Positions 10,224 to 20,427 of a stretch of DNA of 47,666 nt are shown piece by piece; position 1 is the stretch's first letter, and every line of letters begins with the position of its first letter. This DNA comes from Cronobacter phage CS01. The notes under the pieces were generated by a model. It was given only the letters and a program-made list of their open reading frames with translations. It did no database searches and was not told the DNA's origin. The position numbers and the translations under genes are program-made. The stretch lies in sequence record MH845412.1, one strand, 5' to 3'.

Positions 10224-10625
10224 TTACTCCTGTTTTTCGTCGAAACGAACCGTAAAGCGAACCGGGATCATATACCCCGTTTCATGTTTTTGAACTGGCC
10301 GCACTTCTGCGCCTTGATAGATATAGCCATGCTGCAACATTCTACCATCGTAAAAGAATTTGGCAATATCGGACGCGGCGCGCCGGGCTGCGTCAGTGCC
10401 GTCGCCTGGGGCAAAAATAACTCCAACCTGAACTATACCAATATACGATTTGCATTTCCGATCCAGAGAAAGGAATATCGTATCGGCTTCCATATAGTCG
10501 AATTTTAACCACATGGAACCATCAGCCGGAGGAACGAAAGGAACGTTCTCATAAGATATCGAGTAGGCCGTGCCGAATTGAGTATCAAGCAAAACCCTTG
10601 CCGCCAGCATTAATTCATAGTGCAT
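10224..10625 (-). CDS. tail terminator-like protein
   Basis: 133 aa, position between tail tube and completion protein. Confidence 0.65.
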   Translation of the reverse strand: MHYELMLAARVLLDTQFGTAYSISYENVPFVPPADGSMWLKFDYMEADTIFLSLDRKCKSYIGIVQVGVIFAPGDGTDAARRAASDIAKFFYDGRMLQHGYIYQGAEVRPVQKHETGYMIPVRFTVRFDEKQE

Positions 10626-11055
10626 TCTTTGCCCTCGCTTCTTTTATCGCGTCCACCAGGTAAGATCTTAGCCTTACCGCAACCACTCCGACAACGCCAG
10701 CCGGTGCCTGTTTTGAGTGGCCGTACTCAAGAGCGTTCGCGTAGATTAGCATGTTTGAAAACCAGATCTGCTTAACAGCGCCGCCGCCACGCAGCATGGC
10801 ATAAACTGCGCGCTTTCCTTCTGCGATGGTATCCGCGCCGTCTCGGTCGTAATTATTCAGCGCGTGCATTGCCGGGCGGTTAGCTGTCACCTGCCAGTTT
10901 CCACGGAAGCGACCAGTATCGACGGGCGAGCGATTAACCAGATCTGTCTGAACTTTACCGGCCATTATTTCTATGCAGTCGGTAATGCCAGATCCGGCAG
11001 CGTCTATCCACTTGTCAATACTGGTCGTGAAGGTGTTGATCTTGTAGTTAGCCAC
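10615..11055 (-). CDS. HK97-gp10-like tail completion / minor structural protein
   Basis: SPVDTGRFRGNW...YANALEYGHSKQAPAG motif pattern. Confidence 0.75.
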   Translation of the reverse strand: MANYKINTFTTSIDKWIDAAGSGITDCIEIMAGKVQTDLVNRSPVDTGRFRGNWQVTANRPAMHALNNYDRDGADTIAEGKRAVYAMLRGGGAVKQIWFSNMLIYANALEYGHSKQAPAGVVGVVAVRLRSYLVDAIKEARAKNAL

Positions 11056-11419
11056 CTACTGCAACCCTCCGCAAAATTGGGCGATATGCTACCGTTGTGC
11101 CGGTTTGCCTGACTGGTCTCGGCTCCGTAACGGTGTACGTTTCGCCATCAACGACAATTCGATACCCTTTCTTGATCTCTACATCGGCATTGAAAATTCC
11201 CAGCTTATCAGTGACCATAATTTGCTCGCCGTCAACCTCGCGAATCTTTGGCGAACGAATTAAGCCGTGGATGGTCACGCTTTGCTCGGCGACCGGAACC
11301 TCAACACCTCCAACCATCTTAACGCCGCCCTGCTGCGTGATGCACTTGAAATTACCATCGCCGTCGCTGAAAAAATCAATCCCGGCAGACGCCATTGCCC
11401 TGATCTGATCGTAATTCAT
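11048..11419 (-). CDS. head-tail connector / stopper-like protein
   Basis: Overlapping neck gene block; start at [13 protein letters not shown]. Confidence 0.5.
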   Translation of the reverse strand: MNYDQIRAMASAGIDFFSDGDGNFKCITQQGGVKMVGGVEVPVAEQSVTIHGLIRSPKIREVDGEQIMVTDKLGIFNADVEIKKGYRIVVDGETYTVTEPRPVRQTGTTVAYRPILRRVAVGG

Positions 11420-11811
11420 TCGCAGCACCCCCTGCGCAGTCCGGTAATCAAACCGAACCCGCCGCCTTTTTTGCGGTTTAGAGCGCGATACATTTCGCCC
11501 CACGGCGTAGCGCTTAGCGACTTGTCTCCGCCCGTTGTGCTCTGGAAAGTCTGAGAAAACTCACCGCTCAGAGAGAATGACGCTACTCGCTGCGTGTAGC
11601 TCTCAACGCTGTCTTTCTCGGTCTTGAGCGCGCCCTCAAGCGTCATCAGGTGGAGCGTGTAAAGCGCAAGCGCCCTGTCGTAATCATCGCCAAATTTGCT
11701 TTCGCAAACGAACAACTTCGCCATCTCGACCCACGCCTCGATAGTTTCATCCGGAATTTTTTTCATCGGAGGGGCAACCTGGCGGATAATCAATAGGATA
11801 TTCTCGTTCAT
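11416..11811 (-). CDS. head-tail adaptor-like protein
   Basis: Neck gene position; [17 protein letters not shown]...[14 protein letters not shown] pattern. Confidence 0.55.
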   Translation of the reverse strand: MNENILLIIRQVAPPMKKIPDETIEAWVEMAKLFVCESKFGDDYDRALALYTLHLMTLEGALKTEKDSVESYTQRVASFSLSGEFSQTFQSTTGGDKSLSATPWGEMYRALNRKKGGGFGLITGLRRGCCE

Positions 11812-11856
11812 GATTTCACCCTGATATGAAAAAGGGCGCTATCAGCGCCCTTGTTT

Positions 11857-12186
11857 TTAGATTTCGCCGCCATCCTCAAGCTCTTTCAGCGTCTTGCCCT
11901 CGTAAGGGTCTTTGCTGCGCTTGGAATAGGCATCTTCTTTGATCTGCTTGGTCAGGTCGGGGTTGCCTTTTACGGAAAGCTCGCCACGGCAGATGGAATA
12001 AACGATGCCCTGATTTTTCAGTGCGTCAGCGTCAACCTCGAAAGACTCGCCGGGCATAACGCGCTTGCCGCCAAAGTGAATGACGCAAGCCCCATCGTTA
12101 ACCAGGGTGTGAGATGCCGGGCTGGCAACTTCGTTCTTCTGCTCTGCGGTCGTTTCGTTCTGCTGCTCAGTGGTTTTCTTAGACAT
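11857..12186 (-). CDS. hypothetical structural-region protein
   Basis: 109 aa ORF with RBS between capsid and neck genes. Confidence 0.6.
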   Translation of the reverse strand: MSKKTTEQQNETTAEQKNEVASPASHTLVNDGACVIHFGGKRVMPGESFEVDADALKNQGIVYSICRGELSVKGNPDLTKQIKEDAYSKRSKDPYEGKTLKELEDGGEI

Positions 12187-12234
12187 ATTTTTCTCCGTTA
12201 ATAAAAAAGCCTCTCTATGAGAGGCTTAATATTA

Positions 12235-13197
12235 TTATACGCCGGTAATTAAAACAAGCGTCAGCGGGCGGTAAATCGTCAGGCCGGTGCATTTGGAGGT
12301 GCAAGGCACTTTGAAATGCAGGTCTTTCGGTTGCGCCGGGAGCATGTTGAAAAGCTCAGGAAGCTCAATGCTCATGTTCATCGGGTTTTTCTCGTACACC
12401 AGCACGCCTTTCGTGCCAGCGCCGTCGATATCTTCGAGTTCCGCGATGGATTCGATGGTGATGCCTGCGTTTTGCGCGCTGAAATAATCCAGGTAGCTCT
12501 GCGTGGTATTTTCCATACGAACCGCCAGAACCTTACGAACGGACGGCGGGATCAGGATGTTGGTTGCGCGATGCTGGCCCTGCGTCTGAGTTTGCAGGAT
12601 TTCAATAGCGTTTTCCAGATCGCTGGATGCCTGCTCGGCGTTTTTGGTGCCATCGTTAGCCAGCCACTTAGCCGAAGCAACAATTTTCGTGATGTTCGGA
12701 TGGTTGAACACGGAAACGATTTTGTGCGGCGCGGAGCCCTTGAACACCAGACGGTTAACGAGCTGATCGTGCGCCAGTTGCGCGGCTGCTGCTTTGCGGT
12801 TAGAGAGAGGCTTACCGGTGCGAGCGCCAGCCTTGATCTCATCAATGGAAATCAGGAAGGCGTTACCCAGGCGGTAAACCTTGCCAAACTCGCTGGACAT
12901 CAGCGCATCAACAGTCGGCAGGTCGTCGGTATAGTCGGCGATGATTTGCGCCAGGCCAACTTTGTCGAATACCTGATATTCGAAAGTTTTATCCGTATCG
13001 GAAAGCTCATTCGTTACCGGGAAAACGCGCAGCGCGGAACCTACCGGGTATTCTTCTTCGTAAGCCTGCGATTTAATGCGGTGCAATTCCTGCGCCGTCC
13101 AAATCCCGGCATCAACGGCATCGGATTTAAATCCGTGGCGCTCCAGATGCTGAGTCACGACCTGGCTTTCGTACTCGTCATATTTGACCTTAGTCAT
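12235..13197 (-). CDS. major capsid protein (DUF2184 type)
   Basis: 320 aa, GNAFLISIDEIKAGARTGKPLSNRKAAAA...; position. Confidence 0.85.
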   Translation of the reverse strand: MTKVKYDEYESQVVTQHLERHGFKSDAVDAGIWTAQELHRIKSQAYEEEYPVGSALRVFPVTNELSDTDKTFEYQVFDKVGLAQIIADYTDDLPTVDALMSSEFGKVYRLGNAFLISIDEIKAGARTGKPLSNRKAAAAQLAHDQLVNRLVFKGSAPHKIVSVFNHPNITKIVASAKWLANDGTKNAEQASSDLENAIEILQTQTQGQHRATNILIPPSVRKVLAVRMENTTQSYLDYFSAQNAGITIESIAELEDIDGAGTKGVLVYEKNPMNMSIELPELFNMLPAQPKDLHFKVPCTSKCTGLTIYRPLTLVLITGV

Positions 13198-13237
13198 AAA
13201 AACTCCTTAGAAATAGGCGTTATCAATTAACGCCCAC

Positions 13238-13265
13238 ATCATAGCATTTTTTGTTAAGCAATCAA
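13238..13265 (-). promoter_or_regulatory. candidate capsid promoter TTGATT-16-TATGAT (extended -10 TGC) with an operator-like box in the spacer
   Basis: minus strand TTGATTGCTTAACAAAAAATGCTATGAT. Confidence 0.55.
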
Positions 13266-13277
13266 CCGTATTTTTTG

Positions 13278-13778
13278 CTATACCGCATCGGGCCGCAAAA
13301 ATGCAGATGACTGCTTGATTTGAACTTCCACTAGCCAGTAGGTTTCATCCCATTTGATGAAGCCGCCAGTATAAGTCCATCCGTAAATTTCGCTTCCCGC
13401 ATTACTTGCGATCCCGGATGCCGAAGTTTTAACGGCGCTTCCTGGCCTGGGCTGGCTTTGAATGGTATTCGTGAGAACCCAAACGCGGCCATGCGACACA
13501 ACCGATATCGGATCACCGCTCAGGTAAGCACGTCTCCCGTTCGCATTCTTCCCAAGCACAAGAGCGGATCTCAAAGCTACCCCATAAGCAAGTCCGCCAG
13601 GAATCTGGTTGGTTATTTCCTTGTACCCGTCAACCACTGACTTTACAGCCACAATTTGCCCGCAGACAACACTGGCAACCGATTCTGAGACGAAGCAAGC
13701 GCCATCAATATTATATTCGCTTGTGTCACCTATGGAACCTGGGCATTGTTGCAGCATTACGTTCGAATAATCAGCCAT
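13278..13778 (-). CDS. decoration / structural cement-like protein (paralogue 1)
   Basis: PGSIGDTSEYNIDGACFV...GRVWV...GWTYTG...EVQ shared with the next gene. Confidence 0.6.
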   Translation of the reverse strand: MADYSNVMLQQCPGSIGDTSEYNIDGACFVSESVASVVCGQIVAVKSVVDGYKEITNQIPGGLAYGVALRSALVLGKNANGRRAYLSGDPISVVSHGRVWVLTNTIQSQPRPGSAVKTSASGIASNAGSEIYGWTYTGGFIKWDETYWLVEVQIKQSSAFLRPDAV

Positions 13779-13833
13779 ATTGTTTATCTCCAAAAAAAAG
13801 ACCGCCTAAGCGGTCTTTATCTTAACATCGGTT

Positions 13834-14325
13834 TTACACCTGCAAAAGCTGAACCTCTGCGAGCTTGATTCCCTTGAAGGTCGTCACGCTGCCGGTGTAG
13901 ATCCAGCCGGTTTCGATGTTCGTTTCTTCTGCGCTGGTATTCGCCAGGCCGTTAACGTCGATCTTAAGCGGAGTGCCGTAAGCTTGCGCGGTGAGTGTTG
14001 CGTCGCTGGAACGCATCCAAACGCGGCCTTTCGTCATGACGTTAATGCCGCTGCCGGATTTGTACACCATGTTAGCGCCGGACGAATCGGTCTGGAAGTG
14101 AGAGCGGATGGCGATGCCGTAAGGCTTTTTGCCAGCCGCCATGCCGCGAATCAGCTTGTGGCCCAGCGGGTCAACGCTCGCGATCTGAACTGCAACGCCG
14201 ACCAGGATATCCGCGTCGCCATCAACGACGCAAGCGCCATCAATGTTATATGCGGAAGTGTCGGATACCTGGCCCGGAAGCGCAACGGCCATCTCGCTTT
14301 GATAGTAAGCCGGAATTTCTGCCAT
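13834..14325 (-). CDS. decoration / structural cement-like protein (paralogue 2)
   Basis: PGQVSDTSAYNIDGACVV...GRVWM...GWIYTG...EVQ. Confidence 0.65.
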   Translation of the reverse strand: MAEIPAYYQSEMAVALPGQVSDTSAYNIDGACVVDGDADILVGVAVQIASVDPLGHKLIRGMAAGKKPYGIAIRSHFQTDSSGANMVYKSGSGINVMTKGRVWMRSSDATLTAQAYGTPLKIDVNGLANTSAEETNIETGWIYTGSVTTFKGIKLAEVQLLQV

Positions 14326-14382
14326 GATTGTTACCTCTTTTATTTTTGGAAGGTGGCGGCATGGCCGCCAGCCAATAGTTGA

Positions 14383-15501
14383 TTAAGCTTTCAGTTTAGC
14401 CAGCCGGCTTGCAGGGCGCGGGCCTGCTGAGTCGCCTTTCTCTTTCGACGCGTTCTGCTCAACATCGCCTTTGATGGTGCGGCGCTGTTCAGCCATCGGA
14501 TCGGCATCTTTCGCCAGATCGAACGCGGCGGAAATGTAGCTGTCGTCTTTCTGGCTAACGTCGCGATTAGTGACAGCCTTAACAAAGGCGATCTTAATCT
14601 GCTTATCATCCAGACCATCGCACTTGACGCCAACGGCGCTTGCGATTTCTACCAGCTTGGAGCGCTCGGCGGCGTCGGCTTTTGCCTGATTTACTGCCGC
14701 CTCGATCTTGCTCGGAATTTGCTCAACCTGCAATTTCAGATTGTCGCGCTCAACTTCAAGAGTAGTGGCTTTCGCCTCCGCCGTCGCCGCGCGGCTCTGG
14801 ATAGCTTCGATATGGCTCGCAACTTCCGGCGTTACCTCTACGGTTTCGCCGCTGTCAAGTTTGATTTTTTTCATTTCGTCATCCTGTTTCAGTTTGGAAA
14901 TAACCGGCTCATCATATGGAAAATCCTGGTTACTATCAAGATTTAATTTCGCAATACCGGCGCGACCTTTAAAAACCATTGCCACATGATTAACCGTGAT
15001 GTTGGTCTGCAATGCGTCGAACTTAACCCACCCATCAGGAATAACCTGATCCTGCTTCATATCTTCTTCAAGAATGAACTCTCCAGTTTCGTTACTGCCC
15101 CATCCTGATTTTTCCACATCCTCTGAGGTGTAACCTACCGAAATTTCCGCAGTGCGCTTTGACTTTGCGCTCTCAATAGCGCGTCGTGAGTAGATGCAAA
15201 GTGGAACCTCAACGCCGATCCCATTCGGCAGACCTGCGCCATGACATGCTCCAACAACAACTTCCTCGGCGTTGTCCGGCGTGACAGTAACATGCCCCAG
15301 GGTTACAGGCTTGCCGGAAAAGCTCTGTAATGAATCGGCCTTGAAAACCTCCGACGCAGGGCGGAACTCTCGGCGCTCGCCGTTTGGCGTCTGGTAAATC
15401 TGCAATCCGATTCGAGCGACGATTGGCCGATCCACAAGAAAACCGTTTTCGTCGATTTTGGCGCTAATCCGCGCAGAGTCGTAACGCTGCTTTGCTGTCA
15501 T
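14383..15501 (-). CDS. DUF2213-like head maturation protein with C-terminal scaffold-like coiled coil
   Basis: MTAKQRYDSARISAKIDENGFLVDRPIVARIG...GKPVTLGH family pattern, position between gpF-like and capsid genes. Confidence 0.75.
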   Translation of the reverse strand: MTAKQRYDSARISAKIDENGFLVDRPIVARIGLQIYQTPNGERREFRPASEVFKADSLQSFSGKPVTLGHVTVTPDNAEEVVVGACHGAGLPNGIGVEVPLCIYSRRAIESAKSKRTAEISVGYTSEDVEKSGWGSNETGEFILEEDMKQDQVIPDGWVKFDALQTNITVNHVAMVFKGRAGIAKLNLDSNQDFPYDEPVISKLKQDDEMKKIKLDSGETVEVTPEVASHIEAIQSRAATAEAKATTLEVERDNLKLQVEQIPSKIEAAVNQAKADAAERSKLVEIASAVGVKCDGLDDKQIKIAFVKAVTNRDVSQKDDSYISAAFDLAKDADPMAEQRRTIKGDVEQNASKEKGDSAGPRPASRLAKLKA

Positions 15502-15503
15502 TG

Positions 15504-16271
15504 CTAATTCTCCTGATTGGTTGAAAAATCTGGCACCGCCCAGCATCTGCATCCGTATTCTTCACCTGGAAATGGATGTATATCATCAAGGGATATTCTC
15601 TTGCCCTCCCATGAGACATGCTTGGGTCGTTCTCTGTCGTCCATGATACCACGCCAGAAATAGTGTGTAACTCCTGCATCTTGAAGTCGCTGCCGCATCA
15701 GTCTGCTATTCCACGCCCCAACGATTCCGGAAGCTCTGTTTTTAGCCCAGCCACGATACACGACAAATCTCTGCTCTGCCATCTCTCTGACCTGAGCGTC
15801 ATTCTGGCTGCTGAAATTACCCTGCCTGATTTTTGATGACCAGTCAGCGATGATGTTGTCGAACATCTTCCTTACTGACTGCTCTGCCATATCCTCCCAC
15901 TGCCGCTGTAACTCATCCTCCCATGACTCGCGGTAATTATCACCAAGCGTCTGTAAAAGCCTGACAGATAAATTATCTTTGCCACCGGCAGATATCGCCA
16001 CCAAGATCCACTGCTTGCGGTTGAAACGGTATACCTGCAAGGCTAGAGCCGGAAGGGCGGAGACAATGGCGCTGATTAACTGATCGGCCAAAGATTCAGC
16101 ATCACTTTCTGCGGTGTTTATTTCCTCGCTTGTGGCATCGAACTTCATCGCTCGCGTGCGCTCCCTCAGACGCTTAACGAGATCCCTGACTCCCGATTGC
16201 AGCATGGTACTTAGCTGCCTTTCGCTGGAATCAGGGAATCGCCACTTTTTAGCGACTCCCTTAATTATCAT
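15504..16271 (-). CDS. Mu gpF-like head morphogenesis protein
   Basis: WAKNRASGIVGAWNSRLMRQRLQDAGVTHYFWRGIMDDRERPKHVSWEGK...HPFPGEEYGCRCWA. Confidence 0.85.
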   Translation of the reverse strand: MIIKGVAKKWRFPDSSERQLSTMLQSGVRDLVKRLRERTRAMKFDATSEEINTAESDAESLADQLISAIVSALPALALQVYRFNRKQWILVAISAGGKDNLSVRLLQTLGDNYRESWEDELQRQWEDMAEQSVRKMFDNIIADWSSKIRQGNFSSQNDAQVREMAEQRFVVYRGWAKNRASGIVGAWNSRLMRQRLQDAGVTHYFWRGIMDDRERPKHVSWEGKRISLDDIHPFPGEEYGCRCWAVPDFSTNQEN

Positions 16272-16273
16272 AG

Positions 16274-17572
16274 TTATTCCCCCATCTCAGGATCAGGCTC
16301 AGGCTCAGGCTCTGCCGGATCTTCTTCTTCGGCTTCTTCAAAGGTTACGTTGTTGCTTTTGCTCAGCTTAATCTGCGGTGCAATGGCGCGCATGGTGTCG
16401 CGCGCTTCATCAACCGTGATCATCTGCTCAGAAACAGCTTTGCCCAAGCTTTCAACATTCTTTCCGAGGATTTCGGCATTATCTTTATCGCTCGGCTTAC
16501 TCAGAGGGTTAAAGATAATTGACCAGTCTTTCTCCTGAACGATAAATGGCAGAAGGAACTCCAAAACCGGCAGGTAATCATCATTACGCTTGCGATCTAC
16601 CAGCTTGTGAAACGTCTCAAGCGCGGTGTTCTGGCTGGCGCTAACGCCGCCAGTGTTTTTGTTCTTGAGAATAATTTCATGGATTCCGGACAGGGCAACA
16701 ATGCGATCCATCTTCTCTTGCAGAATGGTCTGCACGCCGGAAACGTCAGAGTTGAGAACAACATAATCTTCATCGTTGGCGTCGATACCAATTGCGCGGC
16801 CAACGCCGCTGTTATCGTCAACCTGAGCCAGTCGCAGGCGCGCCGCGCTCCTGCCGTCGTCGTCTTCGCAAAGTTGAGCAAGGTTTTGCGCTTTCCACAC
16901 GGCCTGTTGTTTGCGGCGAAGGATTTCAGTTGCCAGCTTTTGACACTCGTTATAATCCTCAATGGCCTCTACGAGTCTCTTAGTTAAAACAGATGCCCCC
17001 CAGCCGTCATTTTTCTTGCGCTCCCCGTTTGGAAGTCGCTCGCCGTCAATGAGATGCACGCGGGTATAGTGAACATCATAATCAGTCACCTCACCGCCAG
17101 GCATCACAGTATAAATTTCAGGCTCACCGTAACGCATGGATCTGGCGTTGGTTACTCGGCTTTTAACCTTAATTTGAGTACGGTCATAAACTCGGATGCC
17201 CTCAATGCGTTTTGCGCCAGGTACGGCGGGAGACGTAAGCGCGCGACGGTCATTAATGAGCGCCACGATGGCCGCGCCGCCGAAAAGTCGAGACCAGCAA
17301 AGAGCGTCAGTTATTTGCTGCTCTACTCGGATCTCATCCCAATAAGAACGAAAATCGTCCTCATCACCAACGCCGTCGATCTGGAATCCTGCCGAAATCA
17401 TTTCTTCCGGCACCACATCTACAATGCGACGGGCAATGTCATCTTCCGCGTATAATTTTGATAACGTGCTGCCCTGCAAGAGTGGCGAAATAACGGCCAA
17501 ACCTTTCCGTCCATCACCGCCCTTAAACGTGGATTCATAGGAATCCTCTTTAACCAATTCTGGCTTTGACAT
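16274..17572 (-). CDS. portal protein (DUF1073 type)
   Basis: DDIARRIVDVVPEEMISAGFQI...; position; start MSKPELVKE. Confidence 0.88.
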   Translation of the reverse strand: MSKPELVKEDSYESTFKGGDGRKGLAVISPLLQGSTLSKLYAEDDIARRIVDVVPEEMISAGFQIDGVGDEDDFRSYWDEIRVEQQITDALCWSRLFGGAAIVALINDRRALTSPAVPGAKRIEGIRVYDRTQIKVKSRVTNARSMRYGEPEIYTVMPGGEVTDYDVHYTRVHLIDGERLPNGERKKNDGWGASVLTKRLVEAIEDYNECQKLATEILRRKQQAVWKAQNLAQLCEDDDGRSAARLRLAQVDDNSGVGRAIGIDANDEDYVVLNSDVSGVQTILQEKMDRIVALSGIHEIILKNKNTGGVSASQNTALETFHKLVDRKRNDDYLPVLEFLLPFIVQEKDWSIIFNPLSKPSDKDNAEILGKNVESLGKAVSEQMITVDEARDTMRAIAPQIKLSKSNNVTFEEAEEEDPAEPEPEPDPEMGE

Positions 17573-17606
17573 AATAAACTCCAAAAAAATGGGCCATAGG
17601 TGGCCC

Positions 17607-17634
17607 ATTATACGTCAAGACTTGATACCAGCAA
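17607..17634 (-). promoter_or_regulatory. candidate promoter TTGCTG-16-TATAAT followed by hairpin
   Basis: minus strand TTGCTGGTATCAAGTCTTGACGTATAATGGGCCACCTATGGCCCATTTTTTT. Confidence 0.5.
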
Positions 17635-19183
17635 GGCGTTTCATTCTCGTAACAGCATCGTTCCCGATGTTCAACTCAATATTAACCACGTCAACGATGT
17701 TATCGACAATATCATCGTGTGGGTGTGAGTCGTCGGCGGTGAATGCAGCGACTTCGGCCTGGATTTCCTCAAGCATCGGGTGGTTGTCAGGCAGCAACAC
17801 GCGCCCAGCTTTCATCACTGGAGCGGCGTCCATAGCACGCACTACTTTGTCGGTGTCTCGCTGAACGGGAATTATCTCAACCGGCACCTTTTTGGATGCA
17901 CCCTGGATTAAACCCGTACCGCTCGCTTTATCCTCCACCAGAATTTTTCTCAGTGAGCCGATCTGCTTGCCGTTACGGTAGCATTCCTTTGCGAATGCCA
18001 CGAAATTCGTTTCCAGATCCGGCGCTTCCCACTTGCCGCGCCTGCCGTCGATAAAATAGGCTTTCTCTTTGTAGATGCCCCAATGAACAAATACTGAATA
18101 GTCGTTTTGCTCTGCTGTCTTTTGGGCTGTATCCGCAGTTATGACGGTATACTCAAATCGGTCTGGCGCTGTCGCCGTTGCGCGCGACGTGTTCCCGTAT
18201 AGCGGCATCCATTCTGATTTGAGCAGGTTTCCACCCAAAGCAAAAGGCTTCTGCTGATACTGCGAGCAAAACGTATACGGATCGGCAAGGTACATCGCAT
18301 AAAGCGCCTGCGCGCTCTCTTTCGAGGGCCAAAAAGAATAATGCTTCACGCCGTCTATTATCACTGGCTCGCTGGTCAACACATCTTTATCAAACTGCGG
18401 CTTTAACCAGTCAGGAAGCGACTCGCGATATTCCTCCGTAACCAGCGCCGGAATGCTAACCACTTCAAACTCAATGCCGCCCATACCGCCGTTAGTCAGG
18501 AACCAGGTAGAATCGTTAACGTGTAGCCTTTGCTGAACAACAACGCAAGGTGTCGTGTCTTTCATTCGACGGGATCGGACGGTGTTCTTTAACAGCATAT
18601 GCGCAGCCGTTCGCTTGACGCTTGACAGCATATCAGATGGTTTATCCGGGTCGTCAAGCATCAGCATTCCGGTAAAGCCTTCATCCATGTACCCGCCGCG
18701 CAGACCTGTAACCTGCCCGCCGATGGAACGAGACGCCATAGACAGCCAAGTTTTGCCGGCAGGGTTGAGAACGGCAATATCTTTTGCGCTCGCTCTCGCC
18801 AGCTTGCTCGGCCATAACGTGCGGAATGGCTCAGATCCGACAATCTCCCGTACTCGATGACTGTTTTGCTGAACAAGACCATCAGAGAATGACAGGTTAA
18901 GATTTCGAACCTTCCCGCTTTGCTGCATGGCATAAACCGGCGCGTGGATAGAGAACAATTCAGTTTTGCCGGAGCCTGGCGGGATATTGAAAATCACGTT
19001 CTGAACCTCGCCCCTGATAATGCGTTCCATTTCATAGCATAAAAGCGAAAAGTGCCAGTTGGTCAGGAAGCGCTGCCCCTGTATAAGCTGATACCAGATC
19101 TGGATCATCTTCTCGAATGACTGCTCGCTTATCTCTTTTATTGCCCGCTTCTCGGCTGGCGTCAGTTCTTCCCAAATCAACAT
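17615..19183 (-). CDS. terminase large subunit
   Basis: Walker A IFNIPPGSGKTELFS; MLMLDDPDKPSD Walker B region; nuclease-domain aspartates. Confidence 0.93.
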   Translation of the reverse strand: MLIWEELTPAEKRAIKEISEQSFEKMIQIWYQLIQGQRFLTNWHFSLLCYEMERIIRGEVQNVIFNIPPGSGKTELFSIHAPVYAMQQSGKVRNLNLSFSDGLVQQNSHRVREIVGSEPFRTLWPSKLARASAKDIAVLNPAGKTWLSMASRSIGGQVTGLRGGYMDEGFTGMLMLDDPDKPSDMLSSVKRTAAHMLLKNTVRSRRMKDTTPCVVVQQRLHVNDSTWFLTNGGMGGIEFEVVSIPALVTEEYRESLPDWLKPQFDKDVLTSEPVIIDGVKHYSFWPSKESAQALYAMYLADPYTFCSQYQQKPFALGGNLLKSEWMPLYGNTSRATATAPDRFEYTVITADTAQKTAEQNDYSVFVHWGIYKEKAYFIDGRRGKWEAPDLETNFVAFAKECYRNGKQIGSLRKILVEDKASGTGLIQGASKKVPVEIIPVQRDTDKVVRAMDAAPVMKAGRVLLPDNHPMLEEIQAEVAAFTADDSHPHDDIVDNIVDVVNIELNIGNDAVTRMKRLAGIKS

Positions 19184-19698
19184 TAAAGCTTCTCCAGTAC
19201 AGATTTAACGGCGCTGCGAACCTCATCAGCTTTGACGCTATCAATCGCCTCGCTTTCGCTGGTGGAAACTTCACTTTCGGATGATGAAGTCATACCCAGG
19301 TCTCGCATGATGAATCCAGTGTTTACCATTCCGTTAGCCGCAAGCTGAAATTTCTGCTCATGGATCACAGCGTCAACGAAAGCCATTACGTCACTGAATC
19401 CGTCTTTCTTTCGCCATTCCAGGAGCCGCTTTTCATTAAAACCGGTAAAAAGACAAAAGCCTTTGGCGGTAAACACGCGAGGCTTCGCCACCTCTGTCTG
19501 GTATACGTGACCCTGGAATGATGCAGTTTCACCAGCGCGAATATACTGTTCCTCTGCCCACTTGAAGTATTTCACGGCAAAGTTAAATAATTCCTCCGGA
19601 GTGATCTGGTTGTCTTTGTTCATCCTGGCGATATCACCGTATTTCTTATTGTACAGATCGCGCATGTTGTATACCGGCATACCGTTTTTATCTTTCAT
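19183..19698 (-). CDS. terminase small subunit
   Basis: Position directly upstream of TerL; PRVFTAKGFCLFTGFNEKRLLEWRKKDGF pattern. Confidence 0.75.
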   Translation of the reverse strand: MKDKNGMPVYNMRDLYNKKYGDIARMNKDNQITPEELFNFAVKYFKWAEEQYIRAGETASFQGHVYQTEVAKPRVFTAKGFCLFTGFNEKRLLEWRKKDGFSDVMAFVDAVIHEQKFQLAANGMVNTGFIMRDLGMTSSSESEVSTSESEAIDSVKADEVRSAVKSVLEKL

Positions 19699-19792
19699 AG
19701 GTCAAATCCTCCTTTCTTCATGGGGTCGGATTATAACAGAATGCAGGCAATAAAAAACCGCCTCAATGGGCGGTTGGTTTTCGGCGTGTCCG

Positions 19793-20041
19793 TCAGTCAA
19801 CATACTTGACTTGAGAACTTCCGGTTTTGATGGCGTCATGCAGCTTGGCGGATATCATCAGGTATTGCCCATTAACTCGCCAGAGATTTCGTTTCGGGTT
19901 GAACGATGCCGACGCGTAAAGGTTTTTCTTCACCATATATCGCAATGCGAAATGCCCAGCGACAGAGATGGCAAAGATGCCAACCGCGAAGCCCAGGAAG
20001 AAAATAGTCCACGCTGAAAAGCTATTGATAAACTCGATCAT
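19793..20041 (-). CDS. small membrane protein, hypothetical
   Basis: 82 aa, N-terminal TM WTIFFLGFAVGIFAISVAG. Confidence 0.65.
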   Translation of the reverse strand: MIEFINSFSAWTIFFLGFAVGIFAISVAGHFALRYMVKKNLYASASFNPKRNLWRVNGQYLMISAKLHDAIKTGSSQVKYVD

Positions 20042-20224
20042 TTACATCTCCTTAATTGAAAGTATGGAAAACTTGTGAGTCTCAGGATCAGCTTTGCTTT
20101 TGGCCTTAGCTTCTGCTACCGCTTCCTCAGCGCCGCTTGCCTGTACGGTTGTTTCAAAAGTCTGACTGCATGACCGGCAGGCCCGGCCCATGAGCATTAT
20201 CTTAAGTCGCACATTAAACGTCAT
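20042..20224 (-). CDS. hypothetical protein with CxxC
   Basis: 60 aa ORF with AGAGG upstream. Confidence 0.6.
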   Translation of the reverse strand: MTFNVRLKIMLMGRACRSCSQTFETTVQASGAEEAVAEAKAKSKADPETHKFSILSIKEM

Positions 20225-20427
20225 GTTCGCCTCTGAATGGTTTGTTGCCCATTATTAATCACACCGGGCCAGTGCGCCGAATTTGGTAGCGGGGAGTCGG
20301 AAGACCCCGTGATTTAAGGCTGTTACGCCGCCATCAACATCAGATCATCGTTTGCATTTACTTTTATGGTCGGTTTCTAAAAACCCGCAAAGTCGCTAAC
20401 GTGACGAAAACTGGATAGGGCACTTAC

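Noticed and set aside
12316-13230. Long plus-strand ORF opposite the capsid gene (and similar: 9642..10508, 4463..5143, 23116..23922, 40828..41217, 3710..4105)
   Set aside because: Mirror-strand shadows of well-supported genes, no RBS or plausible protein.
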